Assembly: GCA_951406725.2 (NCBI GenBank)
Contig: OX597815.1
Location: 117,614,001 to 117,678,000, forward strand
DNA length: 64,000 nt
Direction: 5' to 3'
DNA from: Octopus vulgaris
Taxonomy: Eukaryota
In this document: positions 25,601 through 38,969 of the stretch, one piece after another
How the letters are laid out: every line of letters begins with the position of its first letter
How positions within the stretch are numbered: the stretch's first letter is position 1
Program-made: the position numbers and the translations under genes
Notes under the pieces: generated by a model
Told to the model about the DNA's origin: nothing
Seen by the model: the letters and a program-made list of their open reading frames with translations, nothing else
Database searches by the model: none

Positions 25601-26290
25601 TTAACGCCCAGTCATAGTGTTGCAAGAGCTGTGTTAGAAAGCTTCTACCTGGTCGAAATCCATGCTGGGTTTTCTTCAAGGCACACGATTAGTTTCTTGC
25701 GGACTATGCGTTCCATGACTTTACTGATGTGCGAGGTCAGAGAGATAGGCCTATAATCTTTAGTATCTGCTCTGCTTCCTCCCTTATGGATAGGGCATAT
25801 TATCTCTTCCTTCAGTTTGTCTGGGAGCTTACCACTTGCAAGAAAGCTCTGAAAAAGAAGCTGCAGTGGTTTTGCAAGGGCTCATTTGCACGATTTGAGA
25901 AGGACTGCTGGGAATCCATTAGAGCCAGCTAGCTGAGTTTGTGTCAACCTCATCTATAGCCAACGTTAATGTAATCATTTTTTGCCACTTTGATTACAGA
26001 TACAGTGGCAAAGAATTCTGCTGGTTTGTTCACTTGCTTGTGTTTCAGAGGTGTAGTTAACACACTTTGGAACTGTTCGTTCAGTATTTCACTTATCCTC
26101 ATTGGGTTTCATGCAAAGGAGCCATCTTTTTGGAAGAGGGGTCCTATCTTGTGACGTACTGAGGTTGCTTCTTTGGCAAAGTTAAAGAAAACTTTAGGGT
26201 TGGGTTCGAGTTGATATTTTCTATAACCTAAGATTCCTTATCTGCTCTCTCCTTTTTGTGAGATTGATGCAAACTTTTCTCAATATCCAA
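25600..26290 (-). mobile_element. CR1-like LINE ORF2 internal fragment
   Basis: Minus reads NPKVFFNFAK, ICPIHKGGSRADTKDYRPISLTSHISKVMERIVRKKL, QHGFRPGRSFLTQLLQHYDW. Confidence 0.88.
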
Positions 26291-26358
26291 TATCCAATAC
26301 ACACACACACATACACCACATATATATCCATGCATACAGACACATAAATACACAAATA

Positions 26359-26490
<132 letters not shown>

Positions 26491-26619
26491 TACACATTCA
26501 TGCATGCATGCATCCATCCATACATACATGACAGTAGTTTCAACTTTAAGTGCATATGATAATATGCTGGCTCGAATATCTGGAATGGCTTTTGATTTCA
26601 AATATCATCCGAGGTAGGT

Positions 26620-26939
26620 TTTAACAGAGACAATACGAATAAAGAAAACGTGTAGTTGAACTCGAAACGGAATGTTTATTGCAAAATATACAGAGCAAGC
26701 TAAACATATTATCATTTGCATAACACGTTATGACAGCAAGTAAGCAGAATTGTTGCTCTCCGAGGGATCCCAAGGTTGCGGGAGGAAGCGAGGTTCCTGC
26801 GGTTATGGCAAAGGAGCCGACCCCTCCCGTCCCAAAGATAAAAAGAAAAAAAGAAAAGAATTGGACAGTGCCGGAGGTGTGCAATGTACTGCCGTATTAG
26901 AGAAGCAAAAAATAGGCGGGTGTTTTTTGTCTTCTCCCA
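26620..26939 (-). mobile_element. Possible solo LTR
   Basis: GC-richer ~320-bp island beginning TG on minus, with AATAAA ~50 nt from the end; terminal CA and TSD not clean. Confidence 0.35.
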
Positions 26940-27029
26940 TCATTATCGTTTTTCTCATCATTCATCTCATTAATGTTTCTGTCCAGCTCGCAAGCTACTC
27001 TTTGTAATGCCGTCATGGCAATTTTTATG

Positions 27030-27240
27030 AAATAAAGCAGAATTGTTAGCACTTCAGACGAAATGTTTAGCAGCACTTGTACCGGCCCTTTTGGTAATGA
27101 GTTCAAATTCCGCGGTGATAGATTTTGCCTTTCAGCTTTTTGGAGGAGATGAAATAATTACCAGTTGACCACAGGGGTTGATGTAATCGGTTTACCTCTC
27201 ATCCCTAAAATTGTTGGCCTTGTGTGAAAAAATGAAACCG
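27030..27240 (+). mobile_element. SINE family A, degenerate
   Basis: gcagaattgttagcac..gagttcaaattcc..ttttgcctttcag. Confidence 0.75.
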
Positions 27241-27857
27241 TTTGCATTTACACTTTAGTGTGGACTTGATAGGAATCTGAAAGTGGAATATTAGGTTTAA
27301 CTTAAATTTATCTTGACACTAGGCAGTTTCATAGTAATAACAAAAAGCATGGGATAAGAGAAAATTGTTCTATCTTTACAAGGTAATATAATGTAGGTAA
27401 TGAATTTTAAAATCATGGTTTGTAGGACAAAAAGAATTAAGTTTCAATTTTTTTAATTATTTAAAGTTACGAATTCAATAATTGAAAACTCAAGTAATTA
27501 GCAATAATTAAAAATTTTGCTATAATAGAAATTTTCAAAATGTTCTTAACTAACGGTTGATTTGATCTGAAGCCATGTGTTGGAATTAAAACAATCACAG
27601 AGAGGAAGACATGTATTCGCTATACAGAAATAAATAAAAATCGTTAAGTTCATAGCAGTGGAACAGTGTCAATGACCAGGTCGCAGATGGTGTGACGAAA
27701 ATTTTGTCATCAAATAATAAATGTTTAGGCGAAGTTAACAGTTTTTCCTGAGCCAATGAATGGCTAATATGCGTCTTGCATGCTGTAATTGGTATGATAA
27801 AATATTGTTGTGAAATTGTATAATTTTACTACGAAATTCATTCGATATAATACTATT

Positions 27858-28055
27858 TTATTCTTTTACTTGTTTCAGTCATTTCCCTGCAGCCATGCTG
27901 GAGCACCACCTTGAAGTACGAATCGACTTCAGGGCTTATTTTTTAAAGCCTTGTTCTTATTCTATCGGTCTTTTTTATCGAACTGCTAAGATGCAGGGAC
28001 GTAAATACACCAACACCAGTTGTCAAACGGTGATGGGAGGACAAATACACACACA
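27858..28055 (-). mobile_element. 3' half of SINE family C (5' half at 31150-31310)
   Basis: Colinear with the corresponding part of 56670-57064. Confidence 0.8.
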
Positions 28056-28075
28056 AAACCACATGCACGTGCACA

Positions 28076-28144
<69 letters not shown>

Positions 28145-28149
<5 letters not shown>

Positions 28150-28695
28150 AAGCAAGACCAAGTGTTAGAACACAGAATTCCACGAAGATCTGAAGAAAAA
28201 TTCAAATTACTCAACTATCCACCACCAAACAGGGTTTTAACACCGTTCGAGAAGGAACTTTTTAATGTAATAAAAAGCATCAAATTTAAGAAGGACCCAT
28301 AGAAACGCACCAAACACCAAAGGAAAATAAATGAACTGCCCAAAACCTTTAGGAATGCAACTGGAATATTGGTATCTGTGAGCAAAACCGGTAACCTCTA
28401 TAATGTTAATATTAAAGTATACACTGAACTAAGCAATTACATAGCAAATACAAACACGCACCGCGCAACACACTAGATAATATAAATAAGAAGGGACTCG
28501 AAATAGTTAAGAAATTAGGTAAAAGCGTGGGTTATAGAATATCTAGATTATCCACAGATGAACAGATATACGATATGCATGCCGAATATTACAACTCAGC
28601 ACTGGTTAGAACGAGATAAAAGGATAAAATAATATATGTACAGAATAAGACAGACAAGGCACGATATTCAGAGGGCATTATTAATAGTGGAGATA

Positions 28696-28756
<61 letters not shown>

Positions 28757-30445
28757 CCGCAGAGTACCAGAACCTAGAATAATAATAAATATAATAGGGA
28801 CCAAAAGGGAAAAGAAAAAAACATAGCACTAATAGTGATAGATATAAAACAGAACCCACGAAACCACAACCAGAAAGAAGTACACCGTTAAAAGCCGATA
28901 GTAATAATAACAAAGCAGCAGCATACACTAACAAATCCAATAGATATATTAAAAGAAATAGAAAAATAACCGATGAAATTATTTGGTGTAACCTTATCTT
29001 CAATTTACAAGTGAAATCCAAAATTCGCCAAGAATAGGAATTCTTCGCAGCATTAGATAAACACTTCCCAAGATCTTCTAAATATCACAAAATCATTAAC
29101 AGATATAATGTGAAGTTGGCGTATGCGACCTCCAGCAATCTAGAGTATCACATACACAAACTAAATAACACAAAACTAAATATAATAAAACTATAGGGTA
29201 AATACAAGCAACCGCAGCTAATAGCGTTGAATGCGACGATAAAAAGGTGGAGAATAGGGGTAACAAAAATTCATCAATAGCAAAAACGGACCCAAACAAC
29301 ATCACACAATTAAAGGTAGAATCCATGCATCGGGAAAATGAATGCACGGTTACAGGAGGGAGAAGAAAGAGGACCACCAATAGTAACTACACGGAAAGAA
29401 AGGAAAAAAATATCATGTGCAACTGCAGATGTAAAGAGGAATGAAGATTTAACAACAACGGCATGATAAGGAATGCATTGTACAGATGTGAGGTGAATAC
29501 AGCTACGCAGAAATGCGTGTACATTGGTAGCACCAGGGACACCATGAAAAATCGTCTGCGAAATCATCTCTCATCATTTTCTAATATAAATAAAAGACAC
29601 TCCACATCTCTATCGAACATCGTCTGGAGACTCAAGTGCGAATGGAGTGGAACATACGACCCACTGGTCCATTATAAAAAAATGCTGCACCATATGACGG
29701 AACATCACGGGTATGCAACCTATGTCCGGTAGAAACCCTAGAAATAATCTTATCCAGGGAAAACGCGATAAATAGGCACTCTGAGGTCATCATATCATGT
29801 AAACAGAAAAATAAAACATCATTTCTGGAGTTTGAAAAAAATATTTTGAAACGAAATAACACATAATAGAACAGCGAATGAACCTAAACAGTATTTGGAG
29901 CCAACCAATATTTGAGATGCTATACACTATACCAACAGAAACAATGAAAAATCAAAGATCACCATTTGAAGGTAGCATTTATCAATTCTGTCAACAAACC
30001 CCACTGATAAAATATACCAGCAGTATCCGATGACTTGTTGAGTTATTAATTTATTGAAGATAGTTATGCCTTAAATGAAATCAAACAAAAGAATGTACTA
30101 CTCATTCTTAACATCTACTGAATGAATAGGAAAACAAATCCAACAGCACTATACACATTTCCATCCCCATATAAAAACCATTCTTTCCTCTATTTCCAAC
30201 ATCTCCGCTCCTCCCCACCAAATACAGACAGAAATACCCAAAGAACACGCTTGACCTTCAGACTGGCAAAAAGGGATAAGAATCGCCTGAAGAAATGAAT
30301 CAATGTTGATGATCAACCGGATGCCCCCGGATACTACGGACTATACTGTAATCATTCCAGGAATACGGACTGTGATCTTAAGAGTCATGTGATTTCTGGA
30401 AATGATGCATTAAATGTTTATAAAATCCATCCAAGAATTATTGTT
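28145..30445 (+). mobile_element. Decayed Penelope-like element: pre-RT region, linker, GIY-YIG endonuclease, 3' region; RT core absent
   Basis: PFEKELFNVIKSIKF, SKTGNLYNV, FFAALDKHFPRSSKYHKIINRYNVKLAY, CNCR, LYRCEV..VYIGSTRDTMKNRLRNHLSSF, CNLCPVETLEII..INRHSEVIISC. Confidence 0.88.
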
Positions 30446-30451
30446 ATTATA

Positions 30452-31144
30452 CAGGGTGGTCATAAAGTCACGCACCATCCTGCAATATGTGAAATTGCTA
30501 ACATTTTTAAAAATCTCTTTTCACAACTTCCGATATTACTCAAACTAATCCTCAGTTGGATAGAGGAAGATAATCAACAAGGTGGGAGCAAGGTAATGGT
30601 GTGGTGTGGGATTTGGTACAATAAAGTAATTGGGCCATTTTATTTTGAGGGCTCTGTGACAGGTGATTCGTATCTGGACATGCTTGGCAACAAGATGATG
30701 CCTCACATGCATTCACATGGAAGGGGAAATCCTGTCTGGTTTCAGCAGGCTGGGGCTTCGCCCTATTATGCATTACAGGTTCGGGATTTTCTGAACGAAC
30801 ATTTTCCAGGGAGATGGCTCGGGTGTCGCGAGCCAATTAAATGGGCACCACGGTCACCAGATTTAACTCCCATGAACTTTTTCTTCTGGGGCTACATTAC
30901 ACCCCTTGTCTGTTCTGAAAAGATTCATGACCAAGAATATCTTCAAAGAATTGTTAAAGCGTGTGAACAAGTCAACGGCAACGAAGAGCTATTTGAGAGG
31001 GTTCATCGCAAATTCAAATTCAGTAGGGTTACTTGTTGAGAGCTACATGACCAACACTTTGAACATTTGTAATGGATTACCTACTACATTGCTAATAAAG
31101 CATACTTGATATCCCCCATGGTGAGTGACTTTGTGGCCACCCTG
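30452..31144 (+). mobile_element. Internally deleted DD41D (rosa/Visitor-type) Tc1/mariner element
   Basis: TIRs CAGGGTGGTCATAAAGTCACGCACCA / TGGTGAGTGACTTTGTGGCCACCCTG, TA flanks; KVMVWCGI..WFQQAGA..WAPRSPDLTPMNFFFWG with 41 residues between the two (mutated) catalytic positions. Confidence 0.9.
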
Positions 31145-31149
31145 TATAT

Positions 31150-31310
31150 ATATACATATACGACAAGCTTCTTTCAGTTTCCATCAACCAAATCCACTCA
31201 CAAAGCCATGGTCAGCCTGAGGCTATAGTAGAAGACACTTGCCCAAGGTGCCAGGCAGTGGGACTGAACCCGGACCATGTAGTTCGGAAGCAAGATTCTT
31301 AGTATACAAC
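31150..31310 (-). mobile_element. 5' half of SINE family C
   Basis: cttctttcagtttcc..ccaaatccactcacaaag..gacacttgcccaaggtgcc..gggactgaacccgg. Confidence 0.85.
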
Positions 31311-32999
31311 CAATAGAAAAAAAGAAAAGAAAAAGAAAACAGAAATGAAGAGCGTTGTTAGCGATACGAAAGAAAAGTGATATGTTAAATATCAAGTGAG
31401 GAAACTAGATTTATTGAGTAACATGGAATAATAGAAGGTGCGGATATAAAGAAGGCATATATATACGAGAATCTGGTGGCGCTCTAAACCATGTTTGTAC
31501 CCATAGACGTCTCATCGCTGTTATAGTGAAAATCTATTTTCCACACTAAATCTTTTTCCTCAACATATCAAAAATTCAAATCGTTTTGAATCTTACTACA
31601 TACATAGTTTACATTTCACGTGTGATATTTGACTTGATTTTGAGTCGAGTATATAACCAAATATCTTTTCCTTATATTACGCTCGAAGTGGCAACACTTC
31701 GTGAATAAATTACAAATAAGTTATTTTAAATTAAACTATACAAACCAGACTTGCCGTCACTTACCTCAGTACTTTACAATAAAAATATTATATTTTGAGA
31801 TTTAATCTAATCAGGAATAATGAAACGGTCTGTCAGGGAAGGACTGAGAATGTGTTAGGGTTAAAGACAGTATTAAATTCGAACGTGCTGCTATAATTAC
31901 GAAGATATTAGTGCGAGAGGTAGATTGTTTAACAGCTTGTAGCATAATGGCGTATACAAAGAGGCGCCAACTAGGAGATGGAGGCTCACATTTTTACTCT
32001 TGGCCAAATGTACTTTTTATACATTCTACAAACCTACACTTTGTCAGGAAGAGCTTACACATATTAAAGAATATCTAGTTAACAATAGCCATACTGTGAA
32101 ACTTCTAGAACAAAGTAGTTTATGATATCAACACAATAAATAACACCGCCTCTCTTAACACATACAACCGGAACAACAAACTACAAAGGCCACATAAATA
32201 GCCATTAATAAACTGATAGAAGTTGGGGGAGGAAACCCGGACAAAATGTACATTATTACATCAATTCTGGTCATAAAATAGATTGCAGCTACAGCAACTA
32301 ACATTCTTCTCCCTCACTAGTTTTTGTCTAACAAAAGCATATGTGTACAGAATTAGAATTCATACGAACAAAGAATATGTTGAAGGGTAGCCGTAAGCAA
32401 CAGAACAGAATTTAATAAGTAAAAAGAAAATATCTCAGTATATTTCAGTACAGAGAAGAGAACCGAATCTACTACAAACACTTCATAACAAAATGAAGAC
32501 GCCCCCTTTTGTCAGGCCGAGAAGTTTAACATATTCTTGCACTTAGCTTCTGTTTATGTATACATTGATTTCTCCACATGTATACACTAACATACAACAA
32601 TGATTTAACAAGGAACACTCTACATAGTCACACAATCTGCTAAAATAGTAGCCAAAACATTTTGAAATTACACCCTTTCGTCTTATAGAAGGAAGAGCAT
32701 GGGAAAATGTAGTCCTAGATATAAAAATATCTACGAATGAAACATCTCTGGTCTTACGACTACTCAAAGAGGACTAACCTATGGTTAAATAACCGGTAAT
32801 TATTTAGCTATCACGAAAGAATGATAGGAAAACTCACCTCGGCAGAATTTGAATTTAACAAAAAGAGCCGGAAGAAACGTCTCTAAGCATTTTTTCTAAA
32901 GCGCTAACGATTCTGCTATATATATGTCTCCGTTGGAAACAAGAGAGTGAAACAGCACTCAATATCTATCGGACAATTTATTTCTCTACGCTTGTTATA

Positions 33000-33178
33000 C
33001 GTTATTTCCGGTTCTTTCGAATATTCTCTGAGCGTTCGTCAACCTTCCGAGTTCTTGCACAGGGTTTAGAAAAAATAAGTATGTGAATCTAAAGGAAATA
33101 TATTGGATAAAATCATAATTGACTGATCTTACTGATTTTCTTTTACCCAAATCTAGGAACTTTTCAGCACCCTTCGTA
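33000..33178 (+). mobile_element. 3' end stub of a mariner element
   Basis: Ends AGGAACTTTTCAGCACCCTTCGTA (mariner-type TIR plus TA), preceded by a decayed C-terminal reading. Confidence 0.6.
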
Positions 33179-33184
33179 TATATG

Positions 33185-33222
<38 letters not shown>

Positions 33223-33303
33223 CGTGCGTGCGCGCGCGTGTGTGTGTATGTGTGTGTGTGTTTGTGTGTGTGCGTGTGTGTGTGTGTAGAGTAGTGGGCA
33301 TAA

Positions 33304-34889
33304 TATAAGGGGCAGTAAGAACAAGTGTATTGAATTAGTTATTATAGATGATTAACAAAACTTTGAGGCTAGATATTTTACAGATATTTAGATACATGTA
33401 ATATCTATCTTTCGTGAAAATTTCAAATGAATGGACTGAATATTTCGTAAGTTATGAGGAAATAAACAATCTTCCAAATTGCAGCGACTAAAAGTTAAGG
33501 GTCACTTAGAAAAAATGAACTACCAACCGAAGTATTTGTTGTTTAGAAGACTGTTAATGGACTAACAGTTACTTCTTATGATCTTATATTATAGGAACAT
33601 TCGACTGTCAACATGGTGGCTTGTGAAAGACGACCGGTGACCTGTGATAAAAAAACAAAGAATTGCGTGCCTTCACCAAAAGGGCAATCAAATTTTGTGA
33701 TAGCATCTACTGCAGGAAGGTCTAGAAGTATTGTGCAACGAATTGTAGCTAGTTTTAAGTCATCTGGATCGAAAGATGCTGAACCCAAAACCGGTAGACC
33801 TCGTAAAACTTCAGCAAGACAGGATTGTATTATGGTTAGAGTGTCACTGAAGGATAGGTTTAAGAGTGCTGCTGAGATATCCCGCGAGTTTAGCTCCACT
33901 TCCGATGTTAACATATCACTCAAAACAGTTTCTCGGAGTTTACGAAATTCTGAGTTGCTTGCTCGGGCACCGGCAAAGAAACCTCTGATCTCCAAGAAGA
34001 ATCAGAGTCCATCTTCATTTCCCTCACGAACATATCGTTTGGATAGAACAGTGGTTGCAGGTTCATTTTAGCGATGAATCGAAGTTTAATGTGATTGGCT
34101 CCGATGGCGAAATGTTTTCTTGTGCATGTGTGGCGAAAGTGGCGAAAGGTTATCTGGTGCATGTGCGAAGAAGACAGTGAAATATAGAGGAGGCAGTATA
34201 ATGGTATGGGGAGTGATCTCTGCTGGTGGTCCTGGTCCGCTTATTCGTCTACAAGGGACTGTCATTGCTGAAATCTACAAGCAGATTCTTAGACAGCATG
34301 CCATTCCACATCTACGAATCTCGTCAGTTCAACCTCCTATCTTCGAGCAGGACAACGCTGCCTGTCATACTACGAAGAGAGTCAAAGATTTTTTGAGTGA
34401 TGAAGAGATTGATCTCATGGACTGTCCACCTCAAAATTCCGATCTCAATCCTATAGAAAATGTTTGGAAGATTACTGTAGATGGAGTGCGAAGGAGAAAT
34501 CCAAATAACCAAGATGAACTCTGGGAATTATTGAAAAATGAGTGGAACGATATTACTCCATCATTTTGCAAGAAATTAATTCAGTCCTGTGGGAACAGAT
34601 GTCAAGAGGTCATTGATAGTAAAGGGATGTTCACAAAATATTTAATGTGAAGGTTTCTTTTTTGCCCTTGTTCATTTTTCATTGTTTTTCTAAGTGGCCC
34701 TTAAATTTTGGCCGTTGCAGTTAGGAGAATTATTTGTTAATTTCCTCATATTTATTCCATTTCCTTGAAATTTTCACGAAAGATAGATATTAGATATCTT
34801 TTAAAATTTATACAATATCTAGTCACAAAGTTTTGTTACTCTTCTATAATAAATATTTTAATACACTTGTTCTTACTGACCCTTTTATA
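33304..34889 (+). mobile_element. Near full-length Tc1 (DD34E) transposon with ~215-bp TIRs
   Basis: Left cagtaagaacaagtgtatt..ggggtcacttagaaaaa is inverted at right tttttctaagtggccc..aatacacttgttcttactg. Confidence 0.92.
33614..34650 (+). pseudogene. Frameshifted Tc1 transposase
   Basis: GRPRKTS, ARAPAKKPLIS, FSDESKFN, GGSIMVWG, FEQDNAACH-34 aa-NSDLNPIENVW. Confidence 0.92.
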
Positions 34890-34924
34890 ATAGTAGTTAT
34901 TGTATATATATATATATATATATA

Positions 34925-35130
34925 TTTTTAAATTTGTTTCAGTCAACTGACTGCGGCCATGATGAAGCACTGCTTTTAGTCAATCAAATCGAATCCACGA
35001 CTTATTCTTTGGAATCCTAGTACTTATTCTATCGGTCACTTTTGGCGAACCGCTAAGTTACGGGGACGTTTAACACACCAAAATCGGTTGTCAAGTGATG
35101 GTGGTAGGGGACAAAAAGATACACAAAGAC
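34925..35130 (-). mobile_element. 3' half of SINE family C
   Basis: tgtttcagtc..gactgcggccatg..ctagtacttattctatcggtc. Confidence 0.8.
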
Positions 35131-35254
35131 ATACACACACACACACACACACATATATATGTGCGTGTGTGTACGTGTCTGTGTGTGTGCGCGCGCGAGT
35201 GAGTATATATGTATATATATACATATACAGATATATGTGTGTATATATATATCA

Positions 35255-35323
<69 letters not shown>

Positions 35324-35422
35324 TAGTAATGGCATGACAGCAAAAGAATGAATGAGACCTGGATATTATGTAAACAGGGGAATTTATCTGTAATATAATA
35401 CGTGGCAATTATTAGGTTGCCA

Positions 35423-35485
35423 TAATAAAACTCCGAGTTTCGGATGTCGGGGCGGAAATCTGTTCCGACATCTCGTCAGTTATTA
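35423..35485 (-). ncRNA. Minimal type-I hammerhead-like motif in a PLE-terminus-like insert (~35322-35645)
   Basis: Minus TAATAA-CTGACGA-GATGTCGG..CCGACATC-C-GAAA-CTCGGAG-TT-TTATTA: 6-bp helix I, 8-bp helix II, GUU site. Confidence 0.7.
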
Positions 35486-36019
35486 AGACAAATAAAAATG
35501 CTTTGAAAATGACCGTTAAACAAAGGGAATTTACTGTGTAAATGACCGTTATTAAGACAAACAAAAGAGCTACTAGAATGTGTACTAGAATGACCGTTAA
35601 ATAAAAGGAAAAAACCCGAATGGGAGAAAGTAAAAACGCTCATAGAATTCGCGTATGTGCGCATGTACATACATACACATGCGCGCTCACACACCCACGT
35701 ACATGTGCCTATATGCTCACTCACACTCGTGTGAACCACATACATGTACATCCACACATACGCCTATATGTGCACATATATATGCAACCATACACATGTA
35801 CACATGTATATATCCGCGCGCACGCACACACACACATGCTCATACGCGCACAATTATATTCATATACACGTCTAATATGCATATGCTCACTCACACATGC
35901 GTGAAACACATGCATGCACACCCACACACACCTATATGTATACATATATATATATACAAGCCTATACCCGCACAAACGCACACACGTATATATACCCATA
36001 TATATATATATCACATGAT

Positions 36020-36316
36020 CACGTGACCAACCAGGCTATAAGATGTTGCCACACATCGCTGGTCACAATGCATTTCGCATTGTTTTAGGCTTCAAATGAC
36101 GCCACCCCGCTGGCTAAGCGAGCAGGCCCACAGAAGAAAGAGTGAGAGAAAGTTGTGGCGAAAGAGTACAGCAGGGATCGCCACCAACCCCTGTCGGAGT
36201 CTCGTGGAGCTTTATATGTTTTCGCTCAATAAACACTCTCAACGCCCGGTCTGGGAATCGAAGCCGCGATCCTACGACCGCGAGTCCAGTGCCCTAACCA
36301 CTGGGCCATTGCGCCT

Positions 36317-36318
<2 letters not shown>
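36020..36318 (-). mobile_element. SINE family B, near full length
   Basis: Minus GGAGGCGCAATGGCCCAGTGGTTAGGGC head, matching 9048. Confidence 0.88.
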
Positions 36319-36366
<48 letters not shown>

Positions 36367-36753
36367 ATAAAATGGAATAATTGGTGGTAGAAGAGTAGGA
36401 TAACGAACCCTTTGCAATGCTTCCAACACACCTAGAAGGAAAGGAGAATGAAAGTAGTCAGCTTTTAGCCCTGACATGAGGCTTGCACCGAATACTTGGC
36501 AAAAGGGTTAATACTTAGTTCCAGTCTCTTGGCGTTAAATGAATGAGATATGAAATTACCTTAACAACTCATTCTCTCTCTCCCTCTCTCCCCCTCCTCT
36601 CTCTCTCTCTCTCTCGGGAGAACGTCGAGTTATTACAGATAATGTTCCCAGGTGACTCTAAGCTATTACAGACATTTTGATGAACTGTTGCAGTGTAAAC
36701 ACAAACAGCTGAACAGATCATCTTTTTTACACACCCACTTTTACTCGGCGTAC

Positions 36754-36784
<31 letters not shown>

Positions 36785-36899
36785 TGTATGTATGTATGTA
36801 TGTATGTATGTACGTATCTACGTACGTATGTACGTATGTATATATGTATGTATGTGTATATATGTGCGCATGTATGCATGCTTATATGCATGATATTTT

Positions 36900-37404
36900 A
36901 TTTGATATTAATTGGTTGAAGGAGAGGTTTTCTTTTAGCTGCTCATCCATAATACCCAAGCTTACGCTGATATGTAACACACGTTCTTGGACTAACTTCT
37001 AGCTGTTTTGCAATGTCAGAAGCCTTTGAACGGGGCTCGTTTTCCACAATTCTCTTCAGACAGCGAAGCTTCCTTTCCGATGGCCCAGGGCGGCCGGGAC
37101 GAGAATCTGTTGATTCTTTTCCTTGGCTTTTGAATTCTATTAACAGTAGCAAGAGGAATTTTAAGATTTTCGGCAATTTTTTGCTAGCTAAGACCAGCCT
37201 CAGATTGCCCAACAATACGACCTCTTTGAGAATCTGACAGTTCTGCTGAAGTTTTTGTGCATGGCATGGTTACTCTTCGCAAATGTTTAATATAATGGCA
37301 CATGGAATGAAAAAGCATAATTACATTGTAAATTCTACACCACTGAAAACTTATAAGACGCTTAGATCAGAAATTTTGAACATTAAATGCGTCTATTATC
37401 TGTA
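36900..37404 (-). mobile_element. 5' fragment of a second Tc1 element (HTH region)
   Basis: [63 protein letters not shown]. Confidence 0.85.
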
Positions 37405-37476
37405 TGTATGTATGTATGTATGTATGTATGTATGTATGTATGTATGTATGTATGTATGTATATACATACATACGTG

Positions 37477-37529
<53 letters not shown>

Positions 37530-37580
37530 TCTCTTTTATTAATAAGACAGCAAAAACAATTTTATTCCATTCATGATTAC

Positions 37581-37622
37581 AACTACTCGACGAACGGGAA
37601 CGTGAAACCCTGAGTAGCAGTT
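37581..37622 (+). ncRNA. Degenerate hammerhead-like motif (same family as 2031-2074)
   Basis: AACTAC-TCGACGA-ACG(GGAA)CGT-GAAA-CCCTGAG-TA-GCAGTT; flanks homologous to 1945-2030. Confidence 0.55.
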
Positions 37623-38723
37623 TTTTTGCAGAGTTAATAATATAAAATGCATATTACTCTATCTCCGGTGTTCGAGTACTATTTTTCTCCACCTTGTTTT
37701 GCGTTTATGTGCTCACTCGTGTGTGTGTGTGTATGCGCAAATACGCATATATAAAAGTATATACATATATGCGTGCATGACATGCTTGTGTTTGGGCGTG
37801 CGTATGTGTCTGCGGGCGCGACTGTGTATTTCTCAAATCTCTCTGAATAACAAACCGTAATTTCTTTATATAAAGGCCGTACATTAAAGAAGAACACGGA
37901 AGCTGCAAGCATTTTTAGAAATACGCCCGACTGTTCCGTAGTATTGATTTACATAAAATATCACCAGCTCAGATCTAAATAACTCTAAAACTACGAGACC
38001 TGTAGCACATATGAATTCAATATACAAACTTTAAAACATATCGAATTTCTAGCGATGAACGCAATCACTTTGAGTCATAGTAATTTGTTTTGAGATCATT
38101 TATTTGAATTATTATTCCAAGTATGTGTATGCATTAAAATTTAATCATTCGCATTTATCAATTTAAAACAGCACAAGTATATGTATATATTGAAATGAAA
38201 TAGGACCTCGGATTACATGTTTAAAACATATGAACAGAGAATTTTAATTCATCTTGCCTTTTAATTCCTTCCCAGACTTTCAAAAGCAAAAGCTCTAATT
38301 AGAGTATATATTGAATATTGTGTGAAAACCAACGCTAATGACCAACAGGTCATTTTATCAAAACGGAAGGCCCTAACCTCTCGCTTGATTGTCATATCAG
38401 CCACACAGACAGACAGACACAGACACATACATACACTCATGAATACTGATACGTGCAAACATACATTCACATACATATGAACCAATCTTCAGTAAAATCT
38501 GTAATTTAATTTCATTGCAAATTACATTTTCACAGCGAGACTAAATATGCGTATTCAGTATGATTTGCAGATGCACTTTAACTTACATACTTTATGTATG
38601 TATGTATGTATGTATGTATGTATGTATGTATGTATGTATGTATGTATATGCGTGCGTATGTGTGCATTTGCGCGCGTGCGTGTATATACCTCTTTGTATG
38701 TATGCATGTATGTATGTGTGCAT

Positions 38724-38941
38724 AATATGTTGGTTGTAGTTCAGTATAGCATTTCGAAATTTCAAGTCTCATATCCTAAGTTATCCTTTGGGAATCCTTA
38801 TGGCAATCATCAAACGAAAATTTAGTGCCAGAACTCTGATGGTGCATTTTCAACTAATATCTTCGTTAAGGATTCCCCAAGGAAACTCAGACATGAAACT
38901 TGAGTTCGCGAAATGCTAAGCCGAATGATAAACAACATATT
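38724..38941. mobile_element. Foldback MITE-like element
   Basis: ~75-bp imperfect arms aatatgttg..tagcatttcg..gggaatcctta / taagggattcccc..cgaaatgcta..caacatatt. Confidence 0.65.
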
Positions 38942-38969
38942 AAACGTTTACTCAACCCAGGCATTGAGT

